From Acanthaster planci (lineage: Eukaryota): a DNA stretch of 64,000 nt. Location of the stretch: the NCBI RefSeq assembly GCF_001949145.1, contig NW_019091355.1, positions 494,083 to 558,082 of the forward strand, written 5' to 3'. The notes below the pieces were generated by a model that had not been told where the DNA came from, ran no database searches, and saw nothing but the letters and a program-made list of their open reading frames with translations. The position numbers and the translations under genes were made by a program. Positions 34,312 to 46,900 of this stretch are shown one piece after another; the first letter of the stretch is position 1; each line of letters begins with the position of its first letter.

Positions 34312-37300
34312 GTTATCAGATTGCTCAAACGCTTCTCTGACTTTGAGGGCGCTCTAGATTTTCATCTTGAAAACCTCATTATGAGTTGATTTTAAGGATG
34401 ATTCTTCTTATATCGGGAAAGGGAGATGGGGTGTTGCACAGTCGTATTGAGAGCAGCCAAAGTTTTGACACTTTCCTCCCCTCCCCCCGCCTTATGAAAA
34501 TTTCTTTCAGAAATCTAGCGTTTAATAATTTAAACTTTTTAGTTCATTATTTGTAATTCCATTACTGCTGAGTTGCTGAAGCTGCCTATGGATTGTCTGC
34601 GTTTTTGCGGGTCGCACAAGAAAATATTAGACCTTCAAATTATCCCATGTTAACTGAGGTACTTTGCCGACGAACGTTCATCGTAATTGCGCTTATCATA
34701 TCACGCTCGCGCTCGCGTCCATGGCACGGCGCGGTGGGGTTCGTGCTCTCGCCGACACTATGAAAATATTGTTGCTCGGTGGTCCGGCGAGGCTAGCGGC
34801 AGAGGCAACCCGTGGATCAGGCGACTTGACCTCGGGGTCGCAACTACGGAGGGCGCGGTTGTGATAACAAGAATCCCTTCTAGCGGGACATTGTCGGTGT
34901 GTTTGTTGCCAGAGAAAAGCCGGAGCAGTGAACCTTGGGGCCAAAAATTAAGGCCAGGGATGTAAGGCTGAAATGATGAGTGGACTTTGCTTGAAATTCC
35001 CTTGAACCATGGTAAAACGCGGGTCTTAAATCCTGGTGTCTCTAGACAAAATATCCGGGTTGACTAGATTCGTGCACCACGTGCCATTTTATCTGTGTTT
35101 CTACATGGTCTCTAAGACCATGAAGGTAAGAAAGGCTTCCATGCTAAGTTTCATTTTAATTGGTAATCTGAAAACTAGGTTCATTTGTGTTATACTGTAG
35201 AGACTTTTCAAATGATCGGCCAGCATCATACGAGACATCTCTAAACATAATGTGGGGATTTACCACAGTTACCCCCTCTTATCTCGTCCACCTTCAGCCA
35301 CGACGGTGGTGATCGTTATAATCCTAAACCAATTAATATACATTTATCCCCTCCACACCCATAAGTCGCGCCCAAGATACAGTGCAACCGTCCTTTCACC
35401 ACTGACATCTTTGGAAATCCCCCTTATTAAGTACAAAGAACTCAAGACTTTAAATGTAACTGCTTTAATTGACTGAGTAATCGCCAATTATGCGGTCAGC
35501 GACTGCAAATTATGACCTGAGGTCACGGTTTTGTCAGAACAACACCAGTAGAAACAAGGGAAACAAGAAACAATCATTCTGGTCGACGAGGACAGGGAAT
35601 GGATCGTTCCTGTCGAAACGTGACGCATAGCGACACGGTCACGTCGCGACACGATTGCTGGCTCTGTACTCATACTGAAAACATTCAACAGGCAGTAATT
35701 TTCTCCTTTCAAGCTTGAGTCCATGATCAACGTCTACCCTGTCATACCACGCACTGTACTGACTCATGCATCATGCTCTTAAAACATCCGATCAAAACTC
35801 ACTGAAACTGATAGGCTTAGAGTTCTAGGTATGTCAAATTATCAAAATAGTTAAAGTTCTGTTTTTTTTTGTAAATTGTCCAGACACGCATAATTTGACG
35901 TTCATCTTTGCATGCTAAACCAAGTGCCACACATTTCATCCACGTGCAAAAAGAATTGAATAGGCCTATATTTAAACTATGACCATTTTTAAATATGTGC
36001 CAAAAGTAAAGAAATAAGATTTATTATCGGTTCATATGGATACCGAAAATCTAAGTTCACAAACCAATAATTAGAGGCATTGACCGAAAAATTAAGCATG
36101 ACTCGAACCGAGTTCGTATTTTATTGACACTGGACAGCTCAGTGGCACGTGAATGAGTACTATCAATGACAGAAGCCGAGCAAGGAGCTGTTTTGCTGGT
36201 CCACATCAATGGGTAAAAGAGCCCCTTCCCCGCAGAAAAAAAAACGCCAGGGAATATCGAGGAGTTTGTCTAGAGAGAATTCTTGAGATTGCTGAAGATA
36301 AAGAAAGGGGGGAAAGGATCGAAAGTTGTAAAGAAGTAGCTTCAGACAGGAAGAACACAAGTAACCAAGAGAAAATAATGGCACTAAAAAGCAATCAAAA
36401 CTATACTTTTTCTCACCAAAATACCAGTTTAGAGAAGATGGTAGTCCAGCTTCAGATTCATACAGGCGTACATATTTGCCCTCGTTTTCTCACCAGGCGA
36501 TGACAGATTCCGGCGGCCTCTGACATCCTTAGGATAATAATCAGATGGATCAGTTCATTCCAAGTCCTGGCGCGGCAAAATGACTCGGTAATTGCTGGGC
36601 GTGCTGTCCTGAGGTCACGGGAGCTGTACTCGTTCGCTTCTGTCTGTCAGAGCCCCAAGCGAAATACGGGAAGGGGTTGCACCAACCTTCTCCAGAAACT
36701 CATTTTCCAGCTGTTTTTATGTGCCAGTTTTGTGCACGATTATTTTTGCGCTCAAAAGTCACGAACGCTGTTTTCCAAGCATGTAACGATTGCTAATCCA
36801 GCGGCCGGTTTTCGTCAATAGAGGGCGCTCAAAATTATTCGAAGAGACAAACGTCTTACGTGAGTTGCAAAGGCTTTAAGAAGGTACAGAAGAGCTATAG
36901 ACAATAATAAACTGAGGGGATAATGATTGTGCCAAGTGCCCCGTAACGGGCAGGAAATCAAGCCAACTCTTGCCATTAACTTCAGTAAACGACTTAGAAA
37001 GTTTAGAATTCTTCCTGTCATGATGAAGTTTATTCCTGGGGAGGTTCTGGAGACGAACCAAGCCATGACTCAGAGGCCACAGATCTCGTAGTCATTGTTT
37101 TCCGTACCATCAATATGACTGGGGGTCCAAAAAATCACCGAGCAACATTTTGCATAGGGCAAGGGGTGAAGGGTTGAAAGGTCGGAGTTTGGGATGAGCA
37201 GAGAGAACAATCTCTTTGGTCCGGACATCTGTGGTCGAGACTAGACTTTGTATATTTTTGTTGTCTTTCGAAGTATGGGCCTATTCCATAATACGACTTC

Positions 37301-40300
37301 CGTTGTTGAAGGAACAGAAATCAACGTAGTTTGGGAGAATCTCGATTTCAGTTTAATTTGAACGAAAAGCATAGCACTAAAAAGTCGACAGAGCGTATAC
37401 TTCCAGGGATCCTGAACAATTCTTACTTTACGCACAGGACCTGTCATTCTAATTAGCTTCAGCTACGCGTACACCCCCATTGCTCTGTATCCTCCACTCT
37501 GATATATCGCACCTCGGATTCACCCGGCGGGTCACAGGATGCTTATGGTCATGGCCTGGGACTCAGGAGAGATCATCGCTTCGAAAGGATGACCTCTGTG
37601 AAATGTAATTGATGACTGTTTGCTATAATAGGCCGGAAGATTTCGAATGACTATCAGCCACGGGGTTGCTTTGATTTTTCTGTCGTGGGGGTGATGTACA
37701 TTGTATATAGTCGCTCCTTCCTCGGGCCAGAGATATGAGGGACACATGGGCACTGTTCTTGTCCCAGATGGTCCGAGGCACTGTTAGGAGTTTGGGTGGG
37801 AAAAGACGTGAATTCTCGACTGTTTTAATTCATGATTACACGGTTACTTGACGTATTCAGAATTTATGCAAGGGGACATTGTTTAGGGAAATGCCTGTCT
37901 AATTGCCGGTAACATTCTCCTTGAGGGAAGTTCTCGACCGTGATTTTGCTTTCGTGAGTAAACTAAAGCAGGGTGCGTTAATTCACAAAAATCCTGAAAT
38001 ATCGAAGTTGTCATCGAAATCATTCAATATTAGGAAGAAAGGTCTGTCATCCCTTGTAAATGGTGAATGCGCAGTTTTGTTTCTGTGGTATAACAATATG
38101 CATATTATAATGAATATTAAGCTTGCACTTCAGGTGTATGCTGGATGTTGGCATGCACATTGCTGATAGAATGACCCAGAGCTTCAGTAAATCTCATGCA
38201 TCATGACTTGTACCCCTGGATTAAAGACTGTTGACAGCCCACTGTTTTACTATGATCTACCCAAATCTATAAGTGGACTTCGTTATCAGTCTTACGATCC
38301 CTAGAGAGAAGTTATCTATCGGCGACAAAGGCAGGGATTTGGACGGGTGTGAACAGGGATGGCCTTTCTCTCATGAAAGAGAGATTTGTGGGTTTAATTT
38401 GGCTGTTGGCTAGATCGTGAACTTTACTTCAAAATGACACAGCACACACAAGCTACATGGTACAAGTAAATGAACAGAAGACTTCTCACAAGACAAAGGG
38501 CAAGGGGGCTGTGTCTAAGCTTAGAAGATCTCGAGGCTCAGGAAGAATTCACAAAAATGACAGATGAGACACTTGATGCTTTCTTTCCAACGGAAGGAGG
38601 TTTATCCCAGTAAGACAGAACCACCCTTTTTCAAGTAGCCATGTCTAGATCATGAAAGTCACTAAGTATCGTATAACGTATTGTTCAACTGGTGAATATA
38701 TTATACTTCAAGAACAAAACAATAATCTACACAAGCCTTACGATCCTGTCCCGGTTTCCAAAATAGGGGCGGGGTTGCAGAACCAGAGGGTGGTCTCAAA
38801 GGCTTTAAGGAAAGCCTACAAGACAGACTATAATCTGCTTCCGAACCCGAATGGTAAATATTAAGAGCGTATATTCATTGCATTCTTCAACCCCATGATT
38901 ACCGGTACTCTTGAAAATATTAAAATATTTTCATGGAGAAAAACGACAGGCCGCTTTGTTCTCTTCTCGATCCGGATCGGCACCCTTTGAAAATTCTGCC
39001 AAATGTTGGTGGCTAACATGCGCCATGTTTGAATCCTGAACTTTTACCTGAGTGTACCCTGTGAAGTTATTCGCTCAGCTCCATTGCCTCACAATGAAGT
39101 TGAAGTTCTGTTGGAAGTTGAGTTAGCTCTACACGATTACCCATTTCAGGTCTCGCGACCAGCATAAACGTTTAATGTGCTGGGTCCTACTCCATGCTAG
39201 TATAAGAACCGAGATGCTTACCGGATACCATCAATAAAGCATATGCAATCGGGCGTAATCCCCACTCCACCAAAGGTAACCCGTGAGGAGGAGTTCGTTA
39301 TCAATTACTGTGACTAGTAAAGAAAGGATGGTCTAAAGGGGGCATTGTAGAATTTCCTTCCGGGATTACTGGTACATGTAGTTCTATAAATTCTAAGTAC
39401 TTCCGCTTTACATACACCGTCCCCGCCTGATGAGAACTCACCACCATTCCCACTTCCTTCACGAAATAATTACAATTTATTATAGGACATAACGGCGTTA
39501 GCTATATGTTTTAGGTCAAGGATTCGTGAGTGATAAATCTTCCTGACATTCTCAAAGAGCCTCCCTTTAAGACTTTTTCCAAGCCCACTGGAAGGATTTT
39601 CCTTTTTACCAAAGATCCTTGCGATTCACGACTGACGGTTGTCTTTAAACACCAATTGTGGCAGACCTTGAGCGCTCCATGATGCAAGGAGAAAATTGTG
39701 CAACTTGAAGCCCGAGTATTATTGCTCGCCCGTGGGAAATCGTTTGGCACAACCATTAGATAGAGGTATTGCGATATTTGGACTTCGGTGTTGTTTGTTA
39801 GGGGTGCATTTTGTACGTGACCGTCAAACAACGGATGTTCTGAATCGAAAATAGACGGGAAGAGTGGATAAACGTTGACCACAAAACCGAAACAAGAACA
39901 ACGCCAACCACAGAAAAGTGCACAGTGTAGACAAGTCTATTGTGCGGTTTTGAAGAAAAGTCCTTTTTTGCGGCTGAGATAATTGTCGCTAATGACCATA
40001 AGAGTGTTGTGAAAATGTTATGGTTGCATAGAATTTAATGCTTGGTGTTGGAAGTACTGTTTTCTGGATTTATGATCATGGCTGGTGCGGCTTGTTGAAG
40101 GTAGCCGTCAAACTTATGGTGGTAAATAAAGCGGGCCTATACTGTATACAAAAAATTCCGCAATTATCGCTGAAACCTTGTACTCGGATGGTTGTGATCA
40201 TGTCATTGATCTTGATAGTGATTCTGAGGATGGTAGTGGTGTGGTGGTAGAGATCACAATGGTATAAAGGAATATGAAAGGAATATCTTATAGGGATGGA

Positions 40301-41099
40301 TCCTGCAGCGCTAACAATCAATGATTTTTTATTGATTGTAAAAACTTGAAGAGGAAATTAACCCCCCTCTCTCTTCCAAAATAGCATTTTTTCTTAAAAA
40401 TATAAAGGCTTCAGCTGTTTGCCTTTTTAGATTAGAAGAAAATATACAGATGCTCGCTCGGTAGAAGAACAAGAGTTTCCCGTTCCAAATTCCACATGCT
40501 TTGGTTTTCAAGCCCACATCGACGTCCTTACAAGAGCCAACAAGTTTGGTGTTTTCATACATCTCCCATTATAGCCCAATTGGGCGTCTGGTGTTACCAT
40601 AGAGGAATGGTGGAACACACTAGCCCGATCATGGTCATGACACCTTCAACTATGGAGGAAGGCATCAACAAGCAGCGAAGCACAATCTAGATGCAGGCAA
40701 CCACCCAGTGAACTTGATAATTTGTGTATATTATTTTAGAAGAAGGGGCGAACCCTCTGCTATGGCTGGAATGCCGAGGCACCGCGATAGTTTATAAACA
40801 ATTCCTTTACAATAGGGTTAATCCGTTGAAAAGTTCGCAGTGTGCCTGAAATCGGTCAGTGCGACGGGCCACGGCATTCAACTGACCGCATCGCCAGACC
40901 GCCCCCAAAGATGCTACTATGCAGACTGACCCACTTGTAAATGACTGTTCTTCTCTTCATCAGGAATTGAGCTGGCTGTTTTGATTTAGATATGTATCTG
41001 CCATCTCAGGACAGTAAAATAGCTTAGCGGTTTTCACAGCCAGGTTTAGTGTTCTGGAACTCAAAAAAACCACACGTAGTGGTTAGCACCGCACTGAGC

Positions 41100-42400
41100 G
41101 ACTCTGCATCTGAGCTGTGCGAGTGCAGAAAAAGTTTGACAGGTACAAAAAGACGCGTCACCACGTCACTTCGTACTTGTTAATCCGCCATCGGTGACTG
41201 GGCGTCAATTTCCTCCGATTTTATTTAATTTGTGACATCCTTCCAAAACTGTGCAGCCTATGTGAATGTTCTGTCTAAGTAGGATGTCTCTGGGGTGCGC
41301 AGTTTCCCCCCACCCCGGTGCCATTCAGGCTATGTAGTTCCACGAGGGCGGATGAATATACGGTGGTGAGACCTCTAGTCCGTAGTGCGTGTGTGCAAGC
41401 TATCAATGGAGATTAGTTCGTGCAGCCGGCTCGTGGAGTTCGCGTCGTCGGATATCAACACACGCACGTGGCTTACATCACGCGATTAGCACAGCTTCAA
41501 AAATCTCAATTTCCACTGTGAAAACGACAGGAGAAGATGCTGTCTTTGCCTCAGGATTAGTGCTAGGGATCTGAGATCGGCCATGGATAGCGAAAAGACT
41601 TCAGTTGATCCGGCGAGGGGAGCTCGAAAATATCCGTGGGCTACGATAGTATGGGGACTGGCAGTGACTATTTTCAGCGTTGGGTCTGTACTTTGCTTTT
41701 TTGTGTTAAACCAGAGGATTTCATACGTGGAGCTCGAATTATCGAGGTTACATAGCCTCCAAGAGGACACATTACGCGACCAGGTGCAAAGTTATGTCGA
41801 GACGGAAGTTAACAGATTGATGGAGCAAGTAAGTATTACTTCATTTTCAGCAGATGGGGTTAAAGGTGGAGTGCTGTTTACGTACACGGCGTGCCCACAC
41901 ATCGTGGTTTGGCCGACCGTGACCGGTATTTCTTAACAGGGCTTACACGGTAGCTGTCCGCTGGCCTTCCATGGCGATTCTCGGGGCATTCACCGCATCA
42001 TCCTGGCGGTGTTTTTGCATAGCCCAGATCGATTTTAGTCCCGTTGTATGACCCTTATTTATCCTGTCTACCGGAAAAGTCTTTCTCTTAATATAAAAGT
42101 GAGACCTGAAAAGCTTCTTCTCTGTTCTTTTTGAAGCCGTGTGCTAATGCCTCCGTTAAGCAGAGAATCTCTTTTAGTGACGCCGGCACAATGAAGGTTT
42201 TGTGTGTCACCTCCATTCAACCATGATTCAACCCGGTGCTAAACTTTGCCATTCATGGCTACCTGGGCCTCTATTGTACGCGAAGTGTGTATGTTTCACT
42301 TGTTTGATAAAGTTACATAATCACTCCAGCTGATATTGCGCAGAGTAACCGCCGTACGTCGTCCCCAAAGGACGCTGTCGTGAATTTCCGCACATAAAAG
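41100..42400 (+). promoter_or_regulatory. CpG-rich promoter/first-exon region of the transmembrane collagen gene
   Basis: Visibly CpG-rich relative to the downstream intron. There is a GGGCGG box at about 41346-41351 and a strong Kozak context GGCCATGG at 41583. Boundaries are approximate. Confidence 0.45.
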
Positions 42401-43961
42401 TGATTCACCTTTCATTCAAGGTTACAACTTGCTCACTTTACCCTGATTATTGTACATGTGTATACATATTTAATGGATGGGTGTGTTGTAACATGGAACT
42501 ATTTACATGTACTTGTACATACATGTACAGTTGTATTTAAATGTCAGAACATCAAAATCAAAAGTTATCAAACTAAGGTCTATAACTTGATGCCTACTGC
42601 TGTGCTTACAAACTTATTAGCAAAAATCAGATGGAAATTTTCCGAGCCACATTTATGTAGTATATTATAATTATAACAGTGCCAGTTTTTAATGCTTTGC
42701 CAACTTTAAGCAGAAAAAAGTTAAAAAAAATTTAAGTTACAGAAAAGAAAAACAATGCTTCAGGTTTGTGTTATTTCATGTTGAGTTTATGATAAACAGG
42801 GATATTAATTTAATTGGCCTGACATGCAGATAAAGACATGATGGAGCATTGGTTGAGTACAGACTTACAGGGTTAGTGGGTTGTTGTTACATGGTACCTG
42901 TGGGGCCCGGTAGACCCAACAACGAAGGAGCCAAGAGAAGGGATGGAAAAGTCAGTTCTAATCAGGTGAAGTTCGCAAGGGCACAGTAGAGGTAGCTTGG
43001 TTACCTACTGGGCAGGAGCTAAGAACAGTTTAAAGGGATCATACATGGCAGTAACATTATTGATGGATACATATACACTGTATCTCCACCCCCGAGTTTT
43101 TTTTCTCTCAAAGATTTAAGTTGAGTCCCTTCATGGTGCTTTTTCAGAACCTCCCAAAAAGAACCTTCCAGTAGAAAACTGCTTCATGATCAAAGTGTGC
43201 TGAAAGACACAGCTCACCCATCAGTTCTGTCCTCTTAAACATCCTTTCAAAAATTCAGTAGATATATCTTTCCATATTGTCACTGCGAACCGTCCAGTTT
43301 CTGACAAATTTGTGAAAAAAAAGGCCTTACATATAAGTTATGTAGGCCTATGCAGCAGTAACATAGGTATTTCCATTCAAAAAATTTGTTGCAGATGATT
43401 TTGAAATTAAGGTCTTTTGAAGCAAATAGCTTCGGGCTCAACAGCTGAATGAGAAGTTCATTATAAATTAAATTGACGTTGAGAAAGCACTACCAAATGT
43501 TCACCTGGGACCATTTTTTGAAGTTTCTTTCTGGGGGGTGTAAAAAAGGCCAACAAACTCATCGTCCACCATGTCTATGGGATGGAAGTGCCTAGAGAAG
43601 TAGGGTTTACTCTTGTGTTTTACTCTTTACAAGTTTTTGTAGAAACTGACTTGTCATACTGACCAGATGAAGATTATATAGAATGGACTGCAATTGAACT
43701 TTGGGAGAAAAATAGTTTCCTGGATTATCCACATGGCAGTTTTGCCTGTGGAAAGGTTTTGCTTACATGTACATCTTTGGAATTGCATCTTCTTCTAGAA
43801 AAGTCATTCTCTCCAAGCTGGCTCTTTAAAATCTAACCTTTAAATTATTTTTCCCCTAATGAGTTGCTCTGATTCAATTGTTACACCCCCCCTACAGAAA
43901 GTCAATTCCCACATGGAGAGAAGAGTTGAGCGTAGCTTGGGCGATTGCCAGTGTCCGCCGG
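41583..43961 (+). CDS. MACIT-type transmembrane collagen (collagen XIII/XXIII/XXV-like), first two coding exons; gene continues beyond the window
   Basis: Exon 41583-41828 (phase 0, GTAAGT donor) encodes a short basic N-terminus, a type II TM helix (WATIVWGLAVTIFSVGSVLCFFVL) and a coiled coil (RISYVELELSRL...VETEVNRLMEQ). Exon 43898-43961 encodes KVNSHMERRVERSLGDCQCPPG, i.e. an RxxR furin site followed by CxCPPG, the MACIT NC1/COL1 junction. No Gly-X-Y exon was found in the window. Confidence 0.75.
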
Positions 43962-46900
43962 GTAAGTCTGTCCATATCCACTGTTCAGTATTTGTGTTAT
44001 GATTAGTTCTTGACCTGGGTCACAACCTGGGGTCCGCTAACGAGATTGCATGCTTGTCCGACATGGTCCAAATATTGACGTTGCAATTATGGCAGTTATG
44101 ACAGAATATAAATTTCACTTTCAAGTTTCAAGTAGAATTTTCTTTCAGTCTTTCAAGTTTTCATTGGCTTTGCTTTACTTAACTCTTGAGCAGCCCACAG
44201 TTTATGTTAGAGTCCACAACAGCCTCCAAGTCATGCTTGTTTCAGTGTTCAGTGTGGTAAACTTGTAAGCCAACTTAATTGGTGAGGGTTTGCTTCATGT
44301 GCAATCTGTTTAAGAACTTTGAATTTTAGCTATTCAAACATTGATAGCTTGTGTACTAACTACTGATTAATATTTACCAGTTCAGTCTGTTGCAGGTGCA
44401 CTGGTTCTTGAGTTGTACATGTACATCCAACTAAGTTTTTTTTTATAAGTCTAATTTCCCAGCTCAGATTACTCAGTATTTAAAGTACAAGAAACCTTGG
44501 GCTAAAGTTCAGAAAAGTTCAGTCCAAGTTCCCTACGTGACAAATGTTGTTCCAAACTTCTAATTTGTCGTATGATTTGATTGGTGATTCATGTAACTTT
44601 CGTCTGGATGACTTCACTTTAGTCTGTGGTTGACATGTAATGATGTGTCCTTAGCGTCTGCAGACGTAGGATTTAAGTGGCTCATGGAAATTTACTTCCG
44701 CAACCAACGATAGATTAAATGGCTGTCTTCCAATGGTAACAAAGTATGACTTACTGGATTAGACCCTGGCTTTAATGGTCAGACATGGTTAGATAGACAC
44801 AAGAATGACCAAATGAACATGTAGGCCTATGTAGGCCCAAGCATTGATCTTGCTTAAAATGTCTTTAGGTTCTGTATAACTTTAGGATAAAATCCCATCG
44901 TGCCCAGTTATGCCTTAAACCCCCCTCGTCTGGAGTTCTTCTCAAAGCTTGGCTGTGTCTGCAACTTTGGTATCTCTGGCTCTAGAGTCATCTGTAGGCT
45001 GTTAGTGCCTGGACCAAATGAAAAGACATCCCTCTGTGCCTTCCCTTCATACAGTCTGATATTGCTGTCATAAAACATCAACAAGGTGGAGCAGAAATAT
45101 GAAAGAAAATCGAAGACATATTAAAGCAGTTGAAACTCAAGTGGCAGAAGGGGGACAAGTTAACAAAGGACTTTCGCTCGGTCTGACAACAGAGACAGGA
45201 CACAAGTCTGACTGAAATCTAACATTCTGTGCAGTGCCCCTACCAGATACACTAGGTAGGGGTTGAGGTAATGCCTTATTAAGCATTTAGGGTGCTGTTT
45301 ATCAGTGATATTAAATTTACCACTTCTAAAAGTTTCTTCTTTGATACTGAATACATTTCCCTGCTTGTAAAGCCTGAAATGACTCTCTCTAATGCAGTAC
45401 CACAAGTTCTATTAAGTGGATTGAACTTATTTACCCCAAAGATGTATTGCACTTGCAGCAAGTTCAAAACTTGTTTCACTGACCCTCAACTTGAACCCTA
45501 ATAGATAAAAATCAGCCGAATTACAGTGGCATAGATCGCATTAAGCCGGTATGCAGCGAACCGGTTCCCTGCCACCCTTTTTGGCCAATAAGAACAGTCG
45601 CTGTGACGTTGACAACTTTGGACAGTCCCTGGTGTGTCAACTAGTTCATTAATTGACGGTGACGGGTGCAAACAGGGGAGGATTTGACATCGGCTAACTT
45701 TTGAGGTCACTGGTGCTGAAAATAGATGGAGAATCACTTCAAAGAGGTCAAATTTAGTCTAAGAACAAGCACTTGCGAATGCTAAGAGTTTAAAGTTAAA
45801 TGAAATTATCTTCAGGCAATTTCAGAATTGATGGCAGAGAGTAGGCCTATTCAAAGCATACAAAGAGTATTACATGAGACTGTGAACAGTCCTAACAGTC
45901 TTGTCTGGCATACAATGTACCTATTACAAGATGTACATGTACATACCACCATGTTATGAGTACCAGTTTAAATGCTGTAAGTATGCAGCTAGAGCAGCAT
46001 GCAATACGTTTACACAATGTTGACTTGAATGTGAGTTGCACTGGGCATATTAGGCCAAAAAAAAGAATTTGTCTCTGGTCAGACTGATGTTCCGGAATTG
46101 ATGCGGCGCTGCAGGTTTTTTTGTTTTCCTCCAGGATTGGATTGTACAGACAATTGCAGATACACGTTGTCGAGTCATGGCACTAGACCAGCTTTAGTAT
46201 CAGCTGACACCAATTTCATATCCATAGTCTGCTACCCCATTGTTCAATATCAATCTCATCGGGATCTATCACCTGAGTAAAAGATAGAGCTGCCTGCAAA
46301 AATGTTGAGGCAGTGCGGCAATAGAGGGCACTGTTGCAGCTCTCGCAGAGAAAAATTAACGCGCATGCTTAAAATCGATTCTCCACTGACCAGAGATGAA
46401 ATACCTTTTTTTTGGCCTCATACAGGACAGTATAAAACCACAAGGCTTGTGTCAACATTTCCAACATGTACCAGTAGTATCATACATGTACATGTATCTT
46501 GCCCTGTGTCCATGTGGACCCTAGTCACAAATATGGTAAAAGCTCAGGTGACTCCAATCCCCTCCCCCCCCCCACCGGAAGTTGTACCCTCCTAAAATTT
46601 CACAAAAGTACACAAATTAATTTCCCCTTTGCTGTGGTGCCCTGGGGTGTTTGTGTTACCCCAAAGTCCCCTGTGTCTTTGTGGAGTCTCGGAAAAAGGC
46701 ATGGAGTTTACTGTGGCTTTATTTTCATATTGGGATACGTGCCTCGGATGCTTGCTTACGTGTCCCAGGTAACGGGAAACTGGGTCTAGTAGAGAGTACC
46801 CCAAGGTACACACTCAGGTTTAGTTTGGTTAATAGATATTAGCTTGTACATCAACGCCAAGGAAAAATTAGGTCTCCTAAAAAATTCAGGATATGAAATT

